Origin: an uncultured Chloroflexia bacterium
GTDB taxonomy: Bacteria; Chloroflexota; Anaerolineae; CG2-30-64-16
Reading direction: 5' to 3'
Assembly: GCA_963774265.1 (NCBI GenBank)
Contig: CAVZDU010000002.1
Coordinates: 128,001-192,000 of the forward strand
DNA: 64,000 nucleotides
Shown: positions 56,725-64,000 of the stretch, in pieces
Layout of the letters: each line of letters opens with the position of its first letter
Numbering within the stretch: position 1 is the first letter of the stretch
Made by a program: the position numbers and the translations under genes
The notes under the pieces: generated by a model
Seen by the model: only the letters and a program-made list of their open reading frames with translations
Database searches by the model: none
What the model was told of the DNA's origin: nothing

Positions 56725-56752
56725 TTGACACATGTCCCCAAATCCGTATAAT
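56725..56752 (+). promoter_or_regulatory. Consensus promoter of tRNA-Glu
   Basis: TTGACA-16 bp-TATAAT. Confidence 0.8.
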
Positions 56753-56765
56753 GCCCTTCGTTCGT

Positions 56766-56841
56766 GGCGGATTCGTCTAGAGGCCCAGGATATCGCCCTC
56801 TCAAGGCGGAGACACGGGTTCGAATCCCGTATCCGCTACCA
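56766..56841 (+). tRNA. tRNA-Glu (anticodon CTC)
   Basis: Acceptor stem GGCGGAT/ATCCGCT, anticodon arm TCGCC-CTCTCAA-GGCGG, T-loop GTTCGAATC, encoded CCA. Confidence 0.97.
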
Positions 56842-56844
56842 CGC

Positions 56845-56885
56845 AAAGCCCCGGGGAGGTGGATTCCCCGGGGCGTTTTGTTTGT
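56845..56885 (+). terminator. Intrinsic terminator after the tRNA
   Basis: GCCCCGGGGA...TCCCCGGGGC followed by GTTTTGTTTGT. Confidence 0.8.
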
Positions 56886-56930
56886 CCGATGGCATTTTCT
56901 GAGTGATCGAGCAGCGCATTGCTTCCTTCA

Positions 56931-57941
56931 ATGATCAGCATCCAAAATCGAGATAACTTCTTCCGGGCCCATGGCCGTGCGCGGGTGCACGAGCTATTTG
57001 CACGGCTGGGCGGCAAACCAACATCGTTGCTGCCGTTCGAAGTGTTGGCGTCCATTCTCAAGGGCTACCAACAGGTGCCCCTGCCTGAGACAGAGATGGT
57101 CCCGCTGAACAAGATCGTCGGATCCGTTGGCCGCTACAATGACTTCACTCGCGATTTCCTGCCCAAGAACGTTGCTATGGGCGACCGGTGGGCGCGTGTC
57201 GAACAGGCGATGGAAAGCCTCGAAGGCACACCCCCCATTGAGGTCTATCGCATCGGCGACGTATATTTCGTGGCCGACGGAAACCACAGGGTCTCCGTGG
57301 CGCGAGCATCTGGCTTAGATGCGCTTGAGGCGCATGTGACCGAGATACCCAGCGCCATCGATCTGGAGCCGGGTGACACCCTGGATGTGGCCATTATGAA
57401 AGCCGAGCGTGCCCGTTTCCTGGCGGAGACAGGGCTCGCCGAACGAGTCCCGGTCGTCGACATGTACCTCACCCGACCAGGGGGTTTCATCAAACTGTTG
57501 GAACATGTTCATCTCCATCGGCGTTTACTCTCCCAAGAGCAGGAGAGCGAGGTCACCCTAGAGGATGCAGCGGAAGACTGGTATCATACTCGCTATCTAC
57601 CAATCATCGAAGCCATCCGGGATCGTCAGTTGTTGCGACGATTCCCTGACCGGACCGCGGCCGATTTGTATGTGTGGATCTGGAACTACATCGTTGAGAC
57701 CTACCGGCGTGTCGGAGAAAAGATTCCGCCTCAAGAGGCTGTGGCGGCGTTGGAAGCGGCCGCGCCTTCTCCGTTCCAGCAGGCTGTGCAAGGCCTGATG
57801 AACCGCATCACCGAAATCTCGCGGTCCATCGGTTCTGGCGGCGAACGCGTCCCTGACTGGGTCACGCAGACCCCCGAATGGGGCGACGGATCCCTAAGCG
57901 AATTGGCCGAATCAGTGAGGGAGACGCAAGTTGATGACTGA
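56931..57941 (+). CDS. ParB/Srx-like N-terminal domain plus DUF4032-like C-terminal domain protein
   Basis: VPL..IVGSVGRY.DF...FLP, PPI.VY..G.VYFV.DGNHRVSVA, WY...YLP, FPDRT.ADLYVWI. Confidence 0.8.
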   Translation: MISIQNRDNFFRAHGRARVHELFARLGGKPTSLLPFEVLASILKGYQQVPLPETEMVPLNKIVGSVGRYNDFTRDFLPKNVAMGDRWARVEQAMESLEGTPPIEVYRIGDVYFVADGNHRVSVARASGLDALEAHVTEIPSAIDLEPGDTLDVAIMKAERARFLAETGLAERVPVVDMYLTRPGGFIKLLEHVHLHRRLLSQEQESEVTLEDAAEDWYHTRYLPIIEAIRDRQLLRRFPDRTAADLYVWIWNYIVETYRRVGEKIPPQEAVAALEAAAPSPFQQAVQGLMNRITEISRSIGSGGERVPDWVTQTPEWGDGSLSELAESVRETQVDD

Positions 57942-58587
57942 GCCTATTGAGAAAGGCGCACCGCCGCAGGCCACGCGCATCCTGCTCATCCGCCACGGCG
58001 TTAATGACTACGTGAAGAAGGGACTGCTTGCTGGGCGGACGCCGGGGGTTCACTTGGACGAAGAAGGGCAGAAGCAAGCCTTCATGCTTGCCGAAAGGCT
58101 GGGCTGCGAAAAAATCGCCGCTATCTACAGCAGCCCAATCGAACGATGCCAGGAGACTGCCGGCCCTGTGTCTGCACGCCTGGGATTGCAACTCTGTACG
58201 CTTGACGACGTTCAAGAGACAGATTGCGGCGACTGGACCGGCCAGGCTCTCGAGGAACTGCGCAAGGCTGAGATATGGCAGCAGGTGCAGTACAGCCCAT
58301 CGACATTCCGCTTCCCCAACGGCGAGAGTATGTCAGAAATCCAGGCTCGCATGGTAGCGGTGTTGGAGCGACTGCACCGACAGCACACGAGTGAGACCAT
58401 CGTCGTGGTTTCGCACAGCGACCCTATCAAGCTGGCGGCGGCGTACTACCTGGGGATGGCGCTTGACTTATTCCAACGATTGGAGGTATCGCCAGCGTCG
58501 ATATCCGAGTTGGACTTCAGCCCGCTACGCGTGCGTCTGATCCGCTTGAACGACTGCGCACACATACCATCCGTATCTTGCGTTTAG
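57934..58587 (+). CDS. Histidine phosphatase (MSMEG_4193-like)
   Basis: LIRHG, LAGRTPGVHL, SSPIERC.ETA, VSHSDPIK, FQRL.VSPASIS. Confidence 0.9.
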   Translation: MTEPIEKGAPPQATRILLIRHGVNDYVKKGLLAGRTPGVHLDEEGQKQAFMLAERLGCEKIAAIYSSPIERCQETAGPVSARLGLQLCTLDDVQETDCGDWTGQALEELRKAEIWQQVQYSPSTFRFPNGESMSEIQARMVAVLERLHRQHTSETIVVVSHSDPIKLAAAYYLGMALDLFQRLEVSPASISELDFSPLRVRLIRLNDCAHIPSVSCV

Positions 58588-58606
58588 AGAGATTTCGATT
58601 AGATTA

Positions 58607-59215
58607 ATGTATATGACAGATTTACTCCCATCCTACGCCGCACTCCCCTATTACGAGGGGGATGACGTATATCCCGTTACCCGCATCACCGCAGGCGCGG
58701 TGGGTGTGTTTGGCCGCCGTACTTTTGTCCTGCAAGCCTTCTTTGGCTCCGAGCCATTCTGCTGGGTAATCGAGAAGGATCAGGCAATGGCGCTCAGCAA
58801 GGCGATCCCGGAGCTTCTGGATGACGTACGAATCGAGTTCCCCGAGTTGGGCGAACCATTGGTGGCAGCTGCGCCCAATCTCACCCTGGTCGAACCTTTG
58901 CAGCCGCTCTTCCGAGTCGGCAGCATCGGCGTGGAGTATGATCGATTGCATGATCTGGTGATCTTCACCTTGGTGGACGCCGACACAATGACCGGCGAGG
59001 GCGAGGAAGAACTGATCGATGCCGACGCTGAGCCACCCGAACATCAAATATACACAACGCGTGGTCAGGCTAAACTACTGGGTGAACAGGCTGAGAAGAC
59101 CGTGGTGGCAGGACGCCTCCTGTGCCCGAGTTGCAGCATGCCGATCGACGAATTCGGCCACTTCTGCCCGCCGGCCAACCCACGGACCCGCCGCGGCGGA
59201 GAAATCGTGCATTGA
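58607..59215 (+). CDS. DUF3090 family protein
   Basis: ITAGAVG..G.RTF.LQA, IEK.Q..AL, FRVG.IG, AGR..CPSC..PID..GHFCP. Confidence 0.85.
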   Translation: MYMTDLLPSYAALPYYEGDDVYPVTRITAGAVGVFGRRTFVLQAFFGSEPFCWVIEKDQAMALSKAIPELLDDVRIEFPELGEPLVAAAPNLTLVEPLQPLFRVGSIGVEYDRLHDLVIFTLVDADTMTGEGEEELIDADAEPPEHQIYTTRGQAKLLGEQAEKTVVAGRLLCPSCSMPIDEFGHFCPPANPRTRRGGEIVH

Positions 59216-59217
59216 TC

Positions 59218-59997
59218 ATGGCGCGCCGGCAACGCCCTGATTGCATTGTACCCTGGGCGACAAGTGATACGGAGACTGATACTCTGCTCGATCTGCTTGG
59301 CAAGGGAAAGCTTGTGCTGGCCGGCTTGATGCCGTGGAGTTCTAACTACACCTTCCTAGGCACGGTGTCGGACACATCAGGAACCCATTTGCAGATCATT
59401 TATAAACCCATCCGTGGCGAACGACCCCTCTGGGACTTCCCCCGCGGCAGCCTGGCCAAGCGTGAGGTGGCTGCTTACGTCGTGTGCCGCGGCCTGGGCT
59501 GGGATTTCGTCCCGCCTACCGTCCTTCGCGGTGGACCGCATGGCCGGGGTTCACTTCAGCTATATGTCGAGTGCGACCCGGACGCACACTTCTTCACCAT
59601 TCGCGAGGACCCGGCTTTCAGACACAGCCTGCAGGCGCTGGCCCTCTTCGACATCATTACGAACAACGCGGACCGCAAAGGTGGCCACTGTCTCCGCGCC
59701 GGCGACTCCTGTGTTGTGGCAATCGACCAGGGACTGTGCTTCCATGTTGAACCCAAGCTGCGCACTGTGATCTGGGATTTCGCCGCCGAGCCTATTCCCC
59801 CTGATCTGCTTGATGACCTACGCACGCTCCAAGAGGATCTGCAGCGTCCGGAAAACGAAACACTCGCGCAACTCCGGGAGTTACTGTACGACGGTGAGAT
59901 CAAGGCGCTGCGAGAGCGCCTTGACATATTGCTCGATGCCGGATGCTTCCCCGCCCCCCCTGAAGATCGCCGCCCCTATCCCTGGCCCCTGGTTTAG
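59218..59997 (+). CDS. SCO1664-family PI3/4-kinase-like protein
   Basis: SSNYTF, YKP.RGERPLWDFP.G.LA.REVAAY, FD...NNADRKGGH, IDQG.CFH, KLRTV.W, PWP.V. Confidence 0.9.
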   Translation: MARRQRPDCIVPWATSDTETDTLLDLLGKGKLVLAGLMPWSSNYTFLGTVSDTSGTHLQIIYKPIRGERPLWDFPRGSLAKREVAAYVVCRGLGWDFVPPTVLRGGPHGRGSLQLYVECDPDAHFFTIREDPAFRHSLQALALFDIITNNADRKGGHCLRAGDSCVVAIDQGLCFHVEPKLRTVIWDFAAEPIPPDLLDDLRTLQEDLQRPENETLAQLRELLYDGEIKALRERLDILLDAGCFPAPPEDRRPYPWPLV

Positions 59998-60022
59998 CTG
60001 CGCGCCCACCCGAATCGGATTA

Positions 60023-60481
60023 TCATTCGTCTCCGTGCACCCGGCCACGCGTCTGCTTTCGCTGCGACCGCACGCGCTTTTCCGCCAGTCGCGCTTCACG
60101 AGCAGCTTTGGAAGGCTTAGTCGCTACGCGGTGCTTGCGTTGGCGTAATGCGTTCGCTAGTAAGGCTTGAAATCGCTTCACCGCCTGTTCGCGATTCTCA
60201 AGTTGGCTCCGCGTCGTCGCACTGACTACACGCAAGACCCCATGTCCGTCGATTTGACCGCCCAGACGCGCCAATATGCGCGCCCGCTGCTCTTCACTGA
60301 GAGATGGCGAGTTTGCGACATCGAACAGCAACTCCACGCGCGTATCGCTGCGCTGTACATGCTGCCCGCCAGGACCGCTGGAGCGGCTGAAACGAAAAGA
60401 CAGCTCACTCTCAAGGATCGCGAGTTGCCCATTAATCACCACCGTGGTCCGCAGATCGTCCGTCTCAGCCAGCTCATCCAC
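60023..60481 (-). CDS. arfB: Alternative ribosome-rescue peptidyl-tRNA hydrolase
   Basis: FSRSSGPGGQHV, RSQ..NR..A, basic tail TKPSKAAREARLAEKR; start uncertain. Confidence 0.92.
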   Translation of the reverse strand: MDELAETDDLRTTVVINGQLAILESELSFRFSRSSGPGGQHVQRSDTRVELLFDVANSPSLSEEQRARILARLGGQIDGHGVLRVVSATTRSQLENREQAVKRFQALLANALRQRKHRVATKPSKAAREARLAEKRVRSQRKQTRGRVHGDE

Positions 60482-60580
60482 GATATTCGCCTCAAAGCAC
60501 ATTTTTGAGATCGCACGCGCGAACAGACGCCCGGGCCAGTATTGTCCGGGCGTCTGTTACCCCTCAACGCGGCGCGCCGC

Positions 60581-61309
60581 CTACAGCTTCGTGGCGCTGA
60601 AGCAGAGCTCCGCTACACCCGCTTGCTCGAAGAATTCAATAGTCCAAGTGTGCCAGCCGGCGGGGATCCACACATCCACGAAGAAGCCGCGCACTGCCTG
60701 CTCGCGCCATTCGTTCAGCACCAAAGCCCCGTCGACATAGACCCGCACGCCGTCATCCGTCCTCACCGCAACGCGGTACGTTCCGCCAACCGCGTTCGAG
60801 ACCGTCGTCCAGCGTGCAGAGAAGTAGTCCGGCGTGACCTGTGGCGCGGGCGAGCCCCAGCCCCAGTTGTAGCACGGCCGGCCTTCGGGCCGATTCAGGA
60901 CCACCGGTCCGGACAGATCCATGCTGTTATAGTAGGTCGCATTCCAGGCCCCATAGGGGGGTTTAGGCCATGGCTGGGGGTGCGGCTGCGGGTGTGGACC
61001 CGGTTGTGGGTGCGGCTGTGGACACGCACGGTAGATCACCAGTGTCTGTCCCACATAGATGCGGTCGACGTTCCAGATGTTGTTCCACCGCTGAAGCTGG
61101 GCCACGGTCACGCCGTAGCGATAGGCAATCCGGGTAAGATTGTCACCTCGCGCCACGCGGTGGTACACAGAACAGGTCGTCGCCCCCTGACTAGTGCTCG
61201 CAGCGCTCGAAGACGCCGGGGCAGCCCCCGCCGCAGGGACGAGCACAGCGGTCAGCAAGAGGATGACGACCATGAGGGCGCCAAACCGGCGCATCGAGGG
61301 TGTGGACAT
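60581..61309 (-). CDS. Secreted LysM + PA14 domain protein
   Basis: Signal peptide, HRVARGDNL..IA.RYGVT...IYVGQ.L (LysM), PQPH repeats, WGWGSP..DYFSARW..TDDGVR (PA14). Confidence 0.9.
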   Translation of the reverse strand: MSTPSMRRFGALMVVILLLTAVLVPAAGAAPASSSAASTSQGATTCSVYHRVARGDNLTRIAYRYGVTVAQLQRWNNIWNVDRIYVGQTLVIYRACPQPHPQPGPHPQPHPQPWPKPPYGAWNATYYNSMDLSGPVVLNRPEGRPCYNWGWGSPAPQVTPDYFSARWTTVSNAVGGTYRVAVRTDDGVRVYVDGALVLNEWREQAVRGFFVDVWIPAGWHTWTIEFFEQAGVAELCFSATKL

Positions 61310-61384
61310 TGTGCGCTCCTTTCGCCTGACTTCTTACTAATAAAGACGTTGCCGCTGACAGGACGTTCCCATCCTTTTGGGCCT

Positions 61385-61414
61385 TTGACAGGCCCCCGTC
61401 GCGTATGCTATTAT
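61385..61414 (+). promoter_or_regulatory. Promoter of the tyrS leader
   Basis: TTGACA-18 bp-TATTAT with TG upstream of the -10; predicted start coincides with ATG 61421. Confidence 0.65.
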
Positions 61415-61420
61415 ACGCGC

Positions 61421-61492
61421 ATGTTACGGATTTTTCTACCACTAACTCTAACCTATTATTATGCGGGGGGCAACTGCCCCCATTCCGCCTGA
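61421..61492 (+). CDS. Putative leaderless Tyr-rich leader peptide of tyrS (MLRIFLPLTLTYYYAGGNCPHSA)
   Basis: ATG 6 nt after the -10; TAT TAT TAT at 61454-61462; followed by hairpins and a terminator before tyrS. Confidence 0.7.
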   Translation: MLRIFLPLTLTYYYAGGNCPHSA

Positions 61493-61534
61493 CACACGGG
61501 CGACACGCCGGTTCAGCACCTGTGGTGCCTTCCC

Positions 61535-61565
61535 GCAGCGTGGCGTTTGCCACGCTGTTTCGTTT
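61535..61565 (+). terminator. Attenuator terminator in the tyrS leader
   Basis: CAGCGTGGC-GTTT-GCCACGCTG followed by TTTCGTTT. Confidence 0.75.
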
Positions 61566-61629
61566 GCGTGAGACTCTCGCGTAATACTTATCGACAATTA
61601 TACAACACTTTCTTTTGGAGCGCAAGAGG

Positions 61630-62861
61630 ATGAATGCCCCAAAATCAGTTCATGAGCAACTTGCGATCCTGATGCGCGGGGTCGAATTCGGCGACGAGAC
61701 GACCCGTGTCAATATGGAAAACGAACTGCGCCAGCGGCTGACAGAGTCGGTACGCGACAGCAAGCCCCTGCGCGTCTACTGCGGCTTCGACCCAACCAAA
61801 CCCGACCTGCACCTGGGTCACACTGTGCCCATGCGCAAGCTGGCGCAGTTTCAGGAACTAGGGCATGAAGTTATCTTCCTGATTGGCACCTTCACCTCGT
61901 TGATCGGCGACCCAAGCGACAAGACCACCGCGCGCCGCCAGCAGACCGAGGAAGAGGCGCGCGATCACGCCAAGACATACGACCGACCAGGCATGGAACA
62001 TCCTGGACCCTGAGAAGACCCTGGTCATGTACAACGGCGACTGGTTGTCGAAACTGACCTTCACCGACATCATCGGCTTGGCTTCCAACTTCACGGTGCA
62101 GCAATTCCTGGTGCGCGAGAACTTCGCTCTGCGCTTCGAGAAGGGCGAACCGATCTGGCTGCACGAGTTCATGTACGCCCTGATGCAGGGATACGATGCG
62201 GTCGCCATGAAGACGGATATCCAGATCGGCGGCACAGATCAGCTCTTCAACCTGATCGCCGGTCGCAAGCTGATGGAGTCGTTCGGGCTGCGACCCCAGA
62301 CCATTCTCACCTTCCCAATCCTGGTCGGCACGGATGGCGTACTGCGTATGACCAAAAGCACAGGCAACCACATCGGCATCAGCGAGGCGCCCGAGGTGAT
62401 GTTCGGCAAAGTGATGAGCATCCCAGACAACGCCATGCGCAACTACGCGGACCTGGTGACTCGCTGGTCGCCGGATGAAATCCGCGAGAAGTTCGCCGCG
62501 TTAGAACGGGGCGAACTGCACCCGCGCGACCTGAAGATGCAGCTGGCATTTGAGATCGTCGATATCTTCCAGGGTCCCGCGGCTGCCGAGACAGCGCAGG
62601 AACACTTCCGCAAGGTCTTCCAGCAGCGGGAGCTGCCGTCCGAGATGCCCGAGTTGCGGCTTCTACAACCCATCAGCTTGCTCGACTTGCTCACCAATGC
62701 CGGCCTGGCGCCCATCCAAGAGCGAGGGGCGGCGCCTGGTGCAGCAGGGCGGCGTCAAGCTCGACGGCGAGCGCGTCGAAGACTTCAACGTGACCATAAC
62801 TCCCGCGGGCGAGCATGTGCTCCAGGTGGGGCGCCGCAAGTTCTTGAAGCTCATTGCGTGA
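61630..62861 (+). CDS. tyrS: Tyrosine--tRNA ligase (two apparent +1 frameshifts near 61981 and 62712)
   Basis: GFDPT.PDLHLGH, IGDPS; then [20 protein letters not shown]; then the S4 domain [25 protein letters not shown]. Confidence 0.94.
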
Positions 62862-62887
62862 CAACCTCACGAGATAAAGGAGTCAGA

Positions 62888-63781
62888 GTGTCACCATCTT
62901 TCCACGGTCTGCGTACACGCAGCCTCACCAACGGCCGGCTCAATCTCGAATACCTCGATGAAGCTGGCCCGCGCATCGTCCATCTTTCGCGTGCCGGTAC
63001 AGACGAGAACCTTATGGCCGAAGTCCCCGACATAGGCATCCCAACCGCCTACGGCACGTTTCGGCTCTACGGGGGGCACCGACTGTGGCACTCTCCGGAG
63101 GCAATGCCGCGCTCGTACGTGCCCGACGACGGGGGCTGCATCGCTGAGCTGATCCCCGATGGCGTGCTGTTATCAGGACCCGTCGAGACCCCGACGGGCA
63201 TCAAAAAAAGCCTCCGGGTCCAATTGGCGCCCGACCGTGCCGCGGTCACCGTCACACACCGGCTGGAAAACTGCGGTTCCTGGCCGGTGGAGCTCGCTCC
63301 GTGGGCGATAACCCAACTTCGACTGGGCGGCGTGGCCATCTTCCCACAAACGCAAGGCAAGCTCGACGGGCCCGGCCTGCTGCCCAACCGCAACCTGGTG
63401 CTGTGGCCCTACACTCGTCTTGCTGACCCGCGGCTCAGCCTTAACGACGACCTCTGCCTGCTTCATGCTGATCCGGACGCACATCCGGTCAAGATTGGTT
63501 ACCTTAACCGTGCAGGCTGGGCGGCGTATCTGACCGGCGGAGTGCTCTTCGTGAAGCGCTGGACGCCTCAGCCCGAGGCCGAGCACGTCGATTTCGGCTG
63601 CAACTGCGAGAGCTACTGCAACGACCGGTTCATCGAGGTCGAGACCGTGGGCCCACTCGCATCTTTGGCCCCTGGCGAAACGGCAACGCACATGGAAGAG
63701 TGGGAACTACTCAGCACTGAAGGCATCGCGCCGACGCTGGACGGAGTGCGTGAGTTGGTGACGCAGCTTGGCCTCATGTAG
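62888..63781 (+). CDS. DUF4380/galactose-mutarotase-like protein
   Basis: [16 protein letters not shown]...SY.PD, APWAIT, E.Y....FIEVET.GPL..L.PGE...H.E.W; own GTG after a TAAAGGAG RBS. Confidence 0.78.
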   Translation: MSPSFHGLRTRSLTNGRLNLEYLDEAGPRIVHLSRAGTDENLMAEVPDIGIPTAYGTFRLYGGHRLWHSPEAMPRSYVPDDGGCIAELIPDGVLLSGPVETPTGIKKSLRVQLAPDRAAVTVTHRLENCGSWPVELAPWAITQLRLGGVAIFPQTQGKLDGPGLLPNRNLVLWPYTRLADPRLSLNDDLCLLHADPDAHPVKIGYLNRAGWAAYLTGGVLFVKRWTPQPEAEHVDFGCNCESYCNDRFIEVETVGPLASLAPGETATHMEEWELLSTEGIAPTLDGVRELVTQLGLM

Positions 63782-63821
63782 AGCTCATACAGGCTAGACC
63801 CCCGACACGCGCGGGCATGCA

Positions 63822-63870
63822 GAGACACGGAGTCGCGGCGAGCAGACGGCTTTCCACAACTCCGTGTCTC
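63822..63870. repeat. Intergenic palindrome (GACACGGAG family)
   Basis: GAGACACGGAGT/ACTCCGTGTCTC 12-bp stem. Confidence 0.65.
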
Positions 63871-63874
63871 CCTC

Positions 63875-63903
63875 TTGACAATTCCCTCTCTGCGTAGTAT
63901 TAT
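63875..63903 (+). promoter_or_regulatory. Sigma70-type promoter
   Basis: TTGACA-17 bp-TATTAT. Confidence 0.7.
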
Positions 63904-63942
63904 CGCAATCAATCGTAAATATTCGAAACTCATCGGAGCAAT

Positions 63943-64000
63943 ATGAAAGATCTGTCCGTCGCCGAGCGGCGACAGGGCATCCTCAACCGGGTCTCCGAAA
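63943..64000 (+). CDS. 5' fragment, probably a DeoR-family regulator
   Basis: GGAG RBS; MKDLSVAERRQGILNRVSE resembles DeoR N-termini (ER...IL). Only 19 codons are visible. Confidence 0.5.
   Translation, partial: MKDLSVAERRQGILNRVSE

Noticed and set aside
56766-56930. tRNA-anchored genomic island
   Set aside because: No integrase, no repeat of the tRNA 3' end noticed, and no obvious compositional shift downstream.
61421-61630. T-box riboswitch for tyrS
   Set aside because: No GGTGGNACCGCG T-box sequence or stem I motifs; the leader-peptide model fits better.
62027-63781. Apparent TyrS-DUF4380 fusion ORF (584 aa)
   Set aside because: Artefact of the frameshift near 62712. The TyrS S4 domain lies in another frame ending at 62861, and the downstream gene has its own RBS and GTG at 62888.

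Overview
GC-rich bacterial chromosome segment, most likely Chloroflexota (Anaerolineae/Caldilineae-like). That assignment is inferred from the DUF5666 proteins, Thr/Pro-rich exported proteins, the 'LPLI'-type C-terminus and the gene order. The content is mostly housekeeping: the nusA-ylxR-infB-rbfA-nrnA-truB-ribF cluster, tgt, uppP, fhs, thyA, era, pckG, mdh, ligA, dinB, trmI, arfB, tyrS, a peptide ABC transporter and tRNA-Glu(CTC). The first 19 kb is more accessory. It holds a CHAT-TM-TPR protein, a HipA-like kinase/DUF3037 pair, a 12-repeat FG-GAP protein, an intact IS with terminal inverted repeats and a 9-bp target duplication, an ECF sigma/anti-sigma/DUF5666 module and a stand-alone IS630-type HTH gene. 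About nine single-base frameshifts, several in essential genes, point to an unpolished long-read consensus. Best leads: (1) a leaderless 23-aa leader peptide with three consecutive TAT (Tyr) codons, followed by competing hairpins and a terminator, upstream of tyrS, i.e. a candidate Tyr-sensing ribosomal attenuator where a T-box is normally described; (2) an in-frame RibF-archease fusion; (3) a ParB-like/His-phosphatase/DUF3090/SCO1664-kinase operon; (4) a small RBS-bearing uORF and structured leader before infB. All family calls come from motif recognition by eye; no database search was run.
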